Source of the DNA: Eledone cirrhosa | Lineage: Eukaryota | NCBI GenBank assembly: GCA_964016885.1 | Contig: OZ024743.1 | Span: 257,858,001-257,922,000 of the forward strand | Direction of reading: 5' to 3' | Length of the DNA: 64,000 nt | The notes under the pieces: model-generated | What the model saw: the letters and a program-made list of their open reading frames with translations, nothing else | Databases searched by the model: none | Told to the model about the DNA's origin: nothing | Shown: positions 52,626-64,000 of the stretch, piece by piece | Position numbering within the stretch: position 1 is the stretch's first letter | Layout of the letters: every line of letters begins with the position of its first letter | Translations under genes and position numbers: made by a program

Positions 52626-54604
52626 ACCAACACTTGCACAGACAAAAACACAAGCCAAACCTCAACAAGAAAGAATGGGAAGAATTAAATAGATTAAAAA
52701 CCGACAGAACCATTACAATTAAAGAGGCTGATAAAGGGAGTACAGTAGTCCTAATGGAGACAGAATTCTATATCAACTTAGCGCTCTCCACTTTGGAAAA
52801 CGAAACATACTACGAAAAGGCTGAACACTACAATCAACAGAAAATTATGAGAAACCTAAAAACTCTAATCAACCAATACAAAGAAGGACTCACTAACAAG
52901 GAATTCAGCTTCATCACAGACTTCACAAGTAAATCCAGCCTTTTCTACGGTATCCCTAAAGTACATAAAAGCGAATCAATCAGTAAGGCATGCAAGGAAG
53001 CCACAGACATAGTCATCAATGTCCCCTCACCCAATGATCTCAAATTAAGACCTATAATAGCAGGCCCCGCTTGCGAAACGCACCGTCTTAGCAACTTCAT
53101 TGATACCCTTCTCAAACCCTTCCTCAAGCACATCAAAAGCTATATAAGGGACGACCTAGATATGCTCAATCACCTCCCTAATATGCCACTTTCTGAACAA
53201 ACCCTACTAGTGACGTTCGATGTAGTCAACCTATACTCCAACATCCCCCACAACCTAGGAATAGAAGCTATCCAATTCTGGCTGGATAACTTCCACAATG
53301 AACTCCCACAACGCATCAAAAAAGAATTCGTGATAGAGGGACTCAAATTTATCTTGGAGAACAATTACTTCGTTTTCAATAACAAACCCTACAGGCAGAA
53401 ATCTGGGACCGCTATGGGAACGAAAACAGCCCCTACGTATGCCAACCTAGTCATGGGATACCTGGAAATCACCCTCTACACTAAAGTCCTAAACAAATTT
53501 GGAAACACCCTCCACTTACACATTGAAAGGAACTGGAAGCGATATCTTGATGACTGCTTCATCCTTTGGCACGAAAACATCGAAAAACTTAAAGAATTTC
53601 ACACCCTTATAAATGGACTCAACACAAATATTAACTTCACAATGGAATACAGCCATCAACAACTCCCCTTCCTCGACATCCTCATTAAGATCCATAACAA
53701 AAAAATAGAAACAGACATATACTACAAGCCCACAGACTCCAAGCAATACCTCCCCTTCAACTCTTGCCACCCTAGACACGTTAAAATTAATATTCCCTAC
53801 AACTTAGCCAAGAGAATCTGTACTATAGTCTCCAATAAAAACATCTGCTACTTACGGCTACAAGAACTAAAGGACACACTCATAGGCAGGGACTACCCTG
53901 CATCACTAATTGACAATGGAATCCAACGTGCCCTAAAACTCAGTACCCAGGACCTTAGACACCCTAAAGTAAATCAACCAAAACTAAAAGCTCTTCCATA
54001 CATCTCCACACACAACCCCCTCAACAACGAGGCCTTTGACACCATCCTCCAGAACATCCCTGTATTGAAAAAGGACCATAGAATGAACCAAATTCTACGA
54101 ACACACGATATCATAAAAAGCAAAAGACAATCCAAGTCAATGAAAAACATCTTAACACATGCCAAAGTACTGCCAACCACAACAACGAAACCCACAGTAA
54201 AAAAATGCGATAGACCCAACTGTGGCATTTGCATCAACCTAATAGAGGGTTCGGAATTCTATTTCAAAGATGGACAACGTTTTATAGTAAAACACAATTT
54301 CACATGTGCATCGGAAAATTTAATATATGTATTAACTTGTTCAGGTTGTCGAGAACAATACATAGGCCAGACCAAAAACAGCCTCCGCCAACGCATGACT
54401 GTCCATAGATCCCAAATTAAAATACGGGAATACAGGAAAATACCACTGAGTGAACACATTGATACCTGCGCCGCCCAAAATCATCCCAACTTCAGAATCT
54501 TTCCCCTCTACAAATTTAAAGATAATGCCACCCACACCCAGCGCATCAGCAAGGAATCTTACTTCATTAACAAATACGGACCCCGTCTAAACACTTCTCC
54601 CTAA
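52626..54604 (+). CDS. PLE reverse transcriptase + GIY-YIG endonuclease (intact frame, N-truncated)
   Basis: ADKG, FYGIPKVHK, LRPII, FDVVNLYSNI, GTAMG, RYLDD, PFLD, YYKPTD, linker CDRPNCGIC, LIYVLTCSGCREQYIGQT..R..H..H..E..LN. Confidence 0.92.
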
Positions 54605-54782
54605 GACGAACCCACAACATACACACGTCAACATACATACCTACATCAGCACACATCTCTACCCACATATAAACACAATGACACACGTAAACACACATGC
54701 TCTATGGTGCAATACAAAAAAATATATGTGCATATATATGTATGTATATATGTATATATATATATATATGTATGTAGTGAAA

Positions 54783-54816
<34 letters not shown>

Positions 54817-55130
54817 ATATATGTGTATATAGTGAATATCATTTCACACCTTTTATTGTTAAGATTGTTGATGTTCTATTAAGAGAACCGATTTTACTGA
54901 AAAAATCGAATAATGTACACCATTTTACCAGGGGGGGGAAAAAAATACTGGTCCACCCACACACGCACACACACACACACACACACATATATACACAGAC
55001 ACATACAAACGCGTACATCAACATACAAAGAGACTTATACACACACACACACACACACACGCACTTCTCCGTATAAGACAAAAGCTGAAAAATATCTTTT
55101 GACCTTCGAATGACTCTGCTGTGTGTATGT

Positions 55131-55164
<34 letters not shown>

Positions 55165-55233
55165 ATCTTAATAGCCATTTGACACACATCGCTGGTGGCT
55201 ATTGTCGCAGCATCGAATACCTTACTACTACTA

Positions 55234-55281
<48 letters not shown>

Positions 55282-55599
55282 TTGTTGTGAAAGAGTCATT
55301 TCTCAATCTTGGCGCAAAACCAATTTTTTATCCACATGACCTCTACCGACCAATCAAAATTGTTTTGACCATAATCTTTGCTGGAGCCACTTTTCTAACA
55401 TTTTAACATAAAAACAGTCTTGGCGCAAAATCAACTTTTTACATTCACATGACCTCTACCGACCAATCAAAATTGTTTTGACCACAAGCATTTTTACAAC
55501 ACAAAAATAACGCTGGAGCCATTTTAACATAAAAACAGGTAGAATTCCCAAAACTAATCAGATCAGAGCAAACAGCACGGACACTCTATCTCAAAATTA

Positions 55600-55637
55600 T
55601 TTTTGAAAAGCATTTAGAAATGCGCAACCGGTAAAAA
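55600..55637 (+). ncRNA. Candidate non-canonical hammerhead (U3/A8, C13)
   Basis: TTT-TTGAAAA-GCATT TAGA AATGC-GCAA-CCGG-TA-AAA, with palindromic ACCGGT stem III, at the expected PLE position. Confidence 0.45.
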
Positions 55638-55826
55638 CTTAAAAACTTAAAACCACAACTGAATACTAACCCATACAATCACTAATACTCTTTTATTCCT
55701 AATTAAACCATTTTTCAACTGTGAACAATTTGTCAGCATTTTCTATTCCGTTTACCAATATATAATAACTTGTGTGTTACACCTCTATTCTTTTAACTAT
55801 ATATATATATATATACATATATATAC

Positions 55827-55861
<35 letters not shown>

Positions 55862-55974
55862 CACTATTTTCCGTTGTGTTGTAATATAAATATTACACAC
55901 AGTAGATTGACAGCTCACGTAGAGTTTGCTCGACGGTTCCAGTTGAAATTCCAAAAGTAATCCGGAGAAAAATA

Positions 55975-56116
55975 GAAAGATTTGAATGGATACAGTTTAG
56001 TTGAAAGGAATTTATTGACACGTGTTTCTATAACAGTTACATTCAGGTTATGTAACTGTTATAGAAACACGTGTCAATAAATTCCTTTCAAGTAAACTGT
56101 ATCCATTCAAATCTCT
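55975..56116. repeat. ~65-bp-arm inverted repeat
   Basis: GATTTGAATGGATACAGTTTA..ATAACAGTTACAT / ATGTAACTGTTAT..TAAACTGTATCCATTCAAATC. Confidence 0.85.
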
Positions 56117-56123
56117 CTCTCTC

Positions 56124-56157
<34 letters not shown>

Positions 56158-56258
56158 CATATATATATACATATATATATATATACATATATATATATAC
56201 ATATATATATATATACATATATATATACATATATATATATATACATATATATATATAC

Positions 56259-56289
<31 letters not shown>

Positions 56290-56551
56290 CATATATATAT
56301 ATACATATATATATATATACATATATATATAATTAAGTTAAAAATGTACATCCACATATGTATACTGAAATACTAGTATGCATATGAATACACACACGTG
56401 TACATATGTAGATGTACCGAGTTTTTCACTGGACACTTTACTGTGAGTGTCCAGCTATTCTGTATGTAAACACACAGACAAACCGGTTTTTAGAGTCATA
56501 CTGGTTTTCGAGGAAACACCTTTCCTCTATTCTCCAGAAAGCCAGACAAGG

Positions 56552-56596
56552 AATATTGGACTAGTTTCGATGTTGTTACATCTCATCAGCAATATT
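56552..56596 (-). ncRNA. Type I hammerhead (family A); also 57018-57062, 57484-57528
   Basis: Reverse complement of the motif at 57901. Confidence 0.9.
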
Positions 56597-57807
56597 TACC
56601 TATCTTCCGGCCTTTCTAGAGAATCGTAAAAGCACATATCGTTATATGCTTTTTCTATGAAAATTAGTAGTGGGCAGACTAATTTGCATAGAGCGTGAGT
56701 ACGTACCGGTTCAGCGGAGACGATAAAAACAAATAACGAAATGAAATTAAATTTTGTTTCGTTTGTAACTCACTTTTGTATGACTGACGCTTAAACAATT
56801 AAGTTAAAAATGTACATCCACATATGTATACTGAAATACTAGTATGCATATGAATACACACACGTGTACATATGTAGATGTACCGAGTTTTTCACTGGAC
56901 ACTTTACTGTGAGTGTCCAGCTATTCTGTATGTAAACACACAGACAAACCGGTTTTTAGAGTCATACTGGTTTTCGAGGAAACACCTTTCCTCTATTCTC
57001 CAGAAAGCCAGACAAGGAATATTGGACTAGTTTCGATGTTGTTACATCTCATCAGCAATATTTACCTATCTTCCGGCCTTTCTAGAGAATCGTAAAAGCA
57101 CATATCGTTATATGCTTTTTCTATGAAAATTAGTAGTGGGCAGACTAATTTGCATAGAGCGTGAGTACGTACCGGTTCAGCGGAGACGATAAAAACAAAT
57201 AACGAAATGAAATTAAATTTTGTTTCGTTTGTAACTCACTTTTGTATGACTGACGCTTAAACAATTAAGTTAAAAATGTACATCCACATATGTATACTGA
57301 AATACTAGTATGCATATGAATACACACACGTGTACATATGTAGATGTACCGAGTTTTTCACTGGACACTTTACTGTGAGTGTCCAGCTATTCTGTATGTA
57401 AACACACAGACAAACCGGTTTTTAGAGTCATACTGGTTTTCGAGGAAACACCTTTCCTCTATTCTCCAGAAAGCCAGACAAGGAATATTGGACTAGTTTC
57501 GATGTTGTTACATCTCATCAGCAATATTTACCTATCTTCCGGCCTTTCTAGAGAATCGTAAAAGCACATATCGTTATATGCTTTTTCTATGAAAATTAGT
57601 AGTGGGCAGACTAATTTGCATAGAGCGTGAGTACGTACCGGTTCAGCGGAGACGATAAAAACAAATAACGAAATGAAATTAAATTTTGTTTCGTTTGTAA
57701 CTCACTTTTGTATGACTGACGCTTAAACAATTAAGTTAAAAATGTACATCCACATATGTATACTGAAATTTTATCGTCTCCGCTGAACCGGTACGTACTC
57801 ACGCTCT

Positions 57808-57854
57808 ATGCAAATTAGTCTGCCCACTACTAATTTTCATAGAAAAAGCATATA
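57808..57854 (+). promoter_or_regulatory. Putative snRNA-type promoter block (octamer + PSE-like, possibly TATA), repeated every 466 bp
   Basis: ATGCAAAT-N15-TAATTTTCATAGAAAAAGCATATA, ~50-90 nt upstream of the HHR and conserved in family B. Function is inferred. Confidence 0.45.
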
Positions 57855-57900
57855 ACGATATGTGCTTTTACGATTCTCTAGAAAGGCCGGAAGATAGGTA

Positions 57901-57945
57901 AATATTGCTGATGAGATGTAACAACATCGAAACTAGTCCAATATT
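57901..57945 (+). ncRNA. Type I hammerhead (family A); also 58367-58411, 58833-58877, 59299-59343, 59765-59809, 60231-60275
   Basis: AATATTG-CTGATGA-GATGT AACA ACATC-GAAA-CTAG-TC-CAATATT, with a canonical GUC triplet. Confidence 0.93.
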
Positions 57946-60664
57946 CCTTGTCTGGCTTTCTGGAGAATAGAGGAAAGGTGTTTCCTCGAAAACCAGTATG
58001 ACTCTAAAAACCGGTTTGTCTGTGTGTTTACATACAGAATAGCTGGACACTCACAGTAAAGTGTCCAGTGAAAAACTCGGTACATCTACATATGTACACG
58101 TGTGTGTATTCATATGCATACTAGTATTTCAGTATACATATGTGGATGTACATTTTTAACTTAATTGTTTAAGCGTCAGTCATACAAAAGTGAGTTACAA
58201 ACGAAACAAAATTTAATTTCATTTCGTTATTTGTTTTTATCGTCTCCGCTGAACCGGTACGTACTCACGCTCTATGCAAATTAGTCTGCCCACTACTAAT
58301 TTTCATAGAAAAAGCATATAACGATATGTGCTTTTACGATTCTCTAGAAAGGCCGGAAGATAGGTAAATATTGCTGATGAGATGTAACAACATCGAAACT
58401 AGTCCAATATTCCTTGTCTGGCTTTCTGGAGAATAGAGGAAAGGTGTTTCCTCGAAAACCAGTATGACTCTAAAAACCGGTTTGTCTGTGTGTTTACATA
58501 CAGAATAGCTGGACACTCACAGTAAAGTGTCCAGTGAAAAACTCGGTACATCTACATATGTACACGTGTGTGTATTCATATGCATACTAGTATTTCAGTA
58601 TACATATGTGGATGTACATTTTTAACTTAATTGTTTAAGCGTCAGTCATACAAAAGTGAGTTACAAACGAAACAAAATTTAATTTCATTTCGTTATTTGT
58701 TTTTATCGTCTCCGCTGAACCGGTACGTACTCACGCTCTATGCAAATTAGTCTGCCCACTACTAATTTTCATAGAAAAAGCATATAACGATATGTGCTTT
58801 TACGATTCTCTAGAAAGGCCGGAAGATAGGTAAATATTGCTGATGAGATGTAACAACATCGAAACTAGTCCAATATTCCTTGTCTGGCTTTCTGGAGAAT
58901 AGAGGAAAGGTGTTTCCTCGAAAACCAGTATGACTCTAAAAACCGGTTTGTCTGTGTGTTTACATACAGAATAGCTGGACACTCACAGTAAAGTGTCCAG
59001 TGAAAAACTCGGTACATCTACATATGTACACGTGTGTGTATTCATATGCATACTAGTATTTCAGTATACATATGTGGATGTACATTTTTAACTTAATTGT
59101 TTAAGCGTCAGTCATACAAAAGTGAGTTACAAACGAAACAAAATTTAATTTCATTTCGTTATTTGTTTTTATCGTCTCCGCTGAACCGGTACGTACTCAC
59201 GCTCTATGCAAATTAGTCTGCCCACTACTAATTTTCATAGAAAAAGCATATAACGATATGTGCTTTTACGATTCTCTAGAAAGGCCGGAAGATAGGTAAA
59301 TATTGCTGATGAGATGTAACAACATCGAAACTAGTCCAATATTCCTTGTCTGGCTTTCTGGAGAATAGAGGAAAGGTGTTTCCTCGAAAACCAGTATGAC
59401 TCTAAAAACCGGTTTGTCTGTGTGTTTACATACAGAATAGCTGGACACTCACAGTAAAGTGTCCAGTGAAAAACTCGGTACATCTACATATGTACACGTG
59501 TGTGTATTCATATGCATACTAGTATTTCAGTATACATATGTGGATGTACATTTTTAACTTAATTGTTTAAGCGTCAGTCATACAAAAGTGAGTTACAAAC
59601 GAAACAAAATTTAATTTCATTTCGTTATTTGTTTTTATCGTCTCCGCTGAACCGGTACGTACTCACGCTCTATGCAAATTAGTCTGCCCACTACTAATTT
59701 TCATAGAAAAAGCATATAACGATATGTGCTTTTACGATTCTCTAGAAAGGCCGGAAGATAGGTAAATATTGCTGATGAGATGTAACAACATCGAAACTAG
59801 TCCAATATTCCTTGTCTGGCTTTCTGGAGAATAGAGGAAAGGTGTTTCCTCGAAAACCAGTATGACTCTAAAAACCGGTTTGTCTGTGTGTTTACATACA
59901 GAATAGCTGGACACTCACAGTAAAGTGTCCAGTGAAAAACTCGGTACATCTACATATGTACACGTGTGTGTATTCATATGCATACTAGTATTTCAGTATA
60001 CATATGTGGATGTACATTTTTAACTTAATTGTTTAAGCGTCAGTCATACAAAAGTGAGTTACAAACGAAACAAAATTTAATTTCATTTCGTTATTTGTTT
60101 TTATCGTCTCCGCTGAACCGGTACGTACTCACGCTCTATGCAAATTAGTCTGCCCACTACTAATTTTCATAGAAAAAGCATATAACGATATGTGCTTTTA
60201 CGATTCTCTAGAAAGGCCGGAAGATAGGTAAATATTGCTGATGAGATGTAACAACATCGAAACTAGTCCAATATTCCTTGTCTGGCTTTCTGGAGAATAG
60301 AGGAAAGGTGTTTCCTCGAAAACCAGTATGACTCTAAAAACCGGTTTGTCTGTGTGTTTACATACAGAATAGCTGGACACTCACAGTAAAGTGTCCAGTG
60401 AAAAACTCGGTACATCTACATATGTACACGTGTGTGTATTCATATGCATACTAGTATTTCAGTATACATATGTGGATGTACATTTTTAACTTAATTGTTT
60501 AAGCGTCAGTCATACAAAAGTGAGTTACAAACGAAACAAAATTTAATTTCATTTCGTTATTTGTTTTCATATATATATACATATATATATATATACATAT
60601 ATATACATATATATATATATATACATATATATACATATATACATATATATACATATATATACAT

Positions 60665-60715
<51 letters not shown>

Positions 60716-61069
60716 GATAAATCTACCAAAATATCGGGTGTGTCCAATCCGTATAAATCACTCAATGTAATCCAAATATCATGAAAAGAGAAGATGTACT
60801 CAAAAATCTTTCGATGAAAATCACAGGAAAACAGAGTGAAGATAAATTTAAAAAAACAATGAATAAAAACAAAGAACAAGTTCCTTATATTAAAATTCAT
60901 CATTTTACAATCATTTCTAGGATATATATATGTGTGTGTTGGTATGTATATCATACAGATCTATGTAAACATTTTACAAACTATCAGAGGAAATACAGAT
61001 ACCTTCACATATATATGCTGTCTTCAGAAGAAATAGATCCCGTCGCATTTGTTGGTATAACCCACCATA

Positions 61070-62825
61070 TAATATGGATGTGGCCACACCATTAGCTAAG
61101 ATCTTTATTTCCCTTATTACGAAGCATTTTCCCCCTACACATAATTATAGTAAAATTTTTAATAGTAATACTATTAAAATTTCTTACTCTACGACTTCTA
61201 ACCTTGCACATAACATCACAGCTTCAAATTTAGCTAAACTACCTAGCCGTAGGAACACGTGCAACCCTGTAGTTAGTACTAACTGTAATTGTAGGAATCG
61301 GGTTGATTGCCCCCTATCCGGGAAATGCCTCTCTAGTAACATTGTCTACTAATGTAAGGTTGTAACACCCACGTCCTGTAGGGCCTACATAGGGTTAACT
61401 GCCAATAGATTCAAGCAGCATCTTTACATGCATACCCATTCTTTTCGTTACCCTCTAAGAAGGAATATGACGTCACTTTCAGCTTATATCTGGAGTCTAA
61501 AAGACAACCACACCCAATATAAGTTACACTGGGAGATCCTAGCTAGGGCTAGATCGTATAACGGAAATAAAAGACCATGTGACCTCTGCGCCGCTGAGGC
61601 CCTGGAAATACTCTACGCCACAGACCACATCTTAAACAAAAAATCTGAGGCAATTTCGGCTTGTAAACATAAATTGCACAAAACTTTCCTGTATTACAGC
61701 CTCACGTTATACCCTAAAGGATAGTACGATCTATACGTGGATATTTTACGTCTCGATGTGGGAGCTAAGTATATGTTTTGTTTATACCTTCACTTATTTG
61801 CATAAGTAAGTATATATTATCCGTATGTTTTGTGAATGTACGTATACATTTTCGTACGTATATTTGATTGTTATGGCGTATAATTTTTTTATATATTCTG
61901 GTACATATGGTTCGGCTATGTCTATACGGGAGTTTTGCGTCTGTGTGAGTATGCAGGTTCGTACGTATGTAGGGCGTGTGTATATGTGTACTTCATGTTT
62001 TGGTTGACTTACGTCTCCGAACATTCGTGTATTTACATGTAGATGTGTGTGTGCGCTTGTTATATACGTATTTATTTATTTATATACGTTTATATAATTA
62101 TTTATTTATTTGTATACACGCTTACACACACACACACATATTTATATGTGCGTGGTTTTGTTTACCTATGGTAAGTTTTTGCGTATGCTTGTGTATGTAC
62201 GTATTTGTTTCCGTGTATGTATTTATTTATTTCTATTACTTCTGTATTGTATTTATTTACTTTGTTCTTAACTCTGTAGCGGAGATTCATTCGGTCTCCT
62301 AGTTAGAATTTAGTCTATGACTTCTGCTTACCATTTACGTGGTTTTGTCTTTGCGTGCTATTGTTCTTCACGCTCCACATATGACGTATTATCTTCGTTT
62401 TTTTTCGTTTATTGCCAGAGAACGTCTCTATGCACCACCTAAGAGAAGATTAGTCTACCACCTCTTTTATACCATAAACGTGGTTCTGTCTTTGCGCGTA
62501 ATTGTTTTTCACCGTTCCTATTAATGACGTATTATATTCATTTTTTCCCGTTCTTAGCCAGCGAACGTTTCCACGAACCAAAGTATCGTCTTCCTGTCTT
62601 CCTCCGGTTGCAACGTTTTTTGAAATATCCAGTTCTGCGTTTACAGATTGACTTTGTTAGTTTCAGAAGATCCCATTAAGGGTGAAAGCAGCGATTCTTT
62701 GCTTAAACTTTAATCTGTTATTTTAATAAATATTTGCTCTACGGTTATTATATATTTGATATATATTTATCCTTATCGAGCCCTCTTTGGATTTTAGTCT
62801 TCAAATTTATTATTATTACTGTACA
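61070..62825 (+). mobile_element. 5'-truncated Penelope-like element, probably Hydra-type
   Basis: KHFP..KIFNSNTIKISYS..CNCRNRVDCPLSGKCL..IVY*..YIGLT..SFR..LSAYIW.LK..CDLC..E..LNKKSE..CKH (61074-61724, one in-frame stop), followed by a long 3' region. Confidence 0.83.
62659..62709 (+). ncRNA. Hammerhead with U4A core variant
   Basis: AGTTT-CAGAAGA-TCCC ATTAA GGGT-GAAA-GCA..TGC-TT-AAACT. Confidence 0.6.
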
Positions 62826-62854
62826 TATATATATATATACATATATATATATAC

Positions 62855-62885
<31 letters not shown>

Positions 62886-62900
62886 CATATATATATATAC

Positions 62901-62951
<51 letters not shown>

Positions 62952-63511
62952 CATATATATATACATTTATATATTTACACACATATATATATATGCATAC
63001 ATACCCACTCTCATTCCCACCCTCATTCTCTCAGTATTCTTCCACCACCACCACTCTGTGTATTAACAAACAGATTTACTTTAGAAGAGTTTTATTGGAT
63101 ACATTTCTTTACACTCCTCACTTAACATTCAATCAGTCCCCAGATTCTTTCCAAAAGAGGAATTTTCTAAATCTGTCTCCTCTCTCTACTTTTCAAAAGT
63201 TCATGTTTCCTGGCATCCATCACTTCCTATTTTTACAACCACATCCACCTCTCCACCCTCCTCCTCATCTCCATTATTATCATTATTATTTGACTGACTG
63301 GTTTTCCCACTTCATTTAGCTTGACGTTCGTACAGTGTATGTTAAATGTGTAATCAGCGGAAGAAGACACACATTGACACAAGAAAAGGTAACCAAAGTT
63401 CAATACGATATAATTGTTTCAATTGTTTCCATTTATAGACTTTATAGATTAGTTGTCGTTCAACAATTTTACTGGATTTCATTCAGTAGAATTATTGTGT
63501 GTAAGCGTGTG

Positions 63512-64000
63512 ATATATATACACATATATATATATATACACACACACATATACATACTAGTATATATATATATACACATATACATACATATACTTATACA
63601 TATACTCATATATTCATATATACATATATACACACATATATATTCATATATACATATATACACACACATATACATACTTATATATATATATATACACATA
63701 TACATATATACACACACAAATACATACTTATATATATATACACATATACATATATACATATATAACATATGTATACCTATATATATATATACACATATAC
63801 ATACATATACTTATACATATACACATATATTCATATATACACACACATATATATTCATATATACATATATACATATATACACACACATATACACACATAT
63901 ATATATATACACATATACATATATACACACATATACATACTTATATATATATACACATATACGTATATACATATATACATACGTATACTTATATATATAT
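63512..64000. repeat. (TA)n/(TACA)n compound microsatellite
   Basis: Read directly. Confidence 0.93.

Larger units (their letters stand above)
56331..60567. repeat. Hammerhead-containing tandem repeat (family A), array 2; 466-bp unit, ~9 units, inversion at ~57769
   Basis: Exact 466-bp period: ~3 units in one orientation, then ~6 in the other. Flanked by (TA)n. Confidence 0.97.

Noticed and set aside
56447-56629. 60-aa ORF (MSSYSVCKHTDKPV...) repeated in every family A unit
   Set aside because: It has a GTG start, lies antisense to the hammerhead, is not conserved in family B and has no recognisable motif. It recurs only because the DNA unit recurs.
56331-60567. CRISPR array, or tandem snRNA/5S/tRNA gene cluster
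   Set aside because: Units are identical with no unique spacers, and I recognised no U-snRNA, SL RNA, 5S or tRNA sequence.

Overview
This is a gene-free, very AT-rich eukaryotic window. It is probably an octopus or other cephalopod, inferred only from the SINE/LINE repertoire. A large part of it is interrupted (TA)n microsatellite, which is the insertion target for a dense set of mobile elements: one decayed IR/DR-type Tc1 transposon, four RTE-like LINE copies, tRNA-derived SINEs, an RTE-derived bipartite SINE, CR1-like fragments and at least three kinds of Penelope-like element (PLE; RT plus C-terminal GIY-YIG). Many PLE copies have fold-back ends and hammerhead ribozymes (HHRs) in their 3' repeats. 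The most notable system is a non-coding tandem repeat in two divergent families: family A (466-471 bp units, arrays at 3782-6159 and 56331-60567) and family B (~516 bp, 11750-12715 plus 9141-9238). Every full unit carries a type I minimal hammerhead with a palindromic stem III, an extended stem I showing covariation, and an upstream octamer plus a conserved PSE-like block. The family A arrays have the same inverted, 3'-ends-into-(TA)n geometry as the PLEs here, and both families share a homologous 3' terminus. Together this suggests a self-promoting, PLE-mobilised, retrozyme-like circular-RNA retroelement. All YI/TH-repeat ORFs are microsatellite artefacts.
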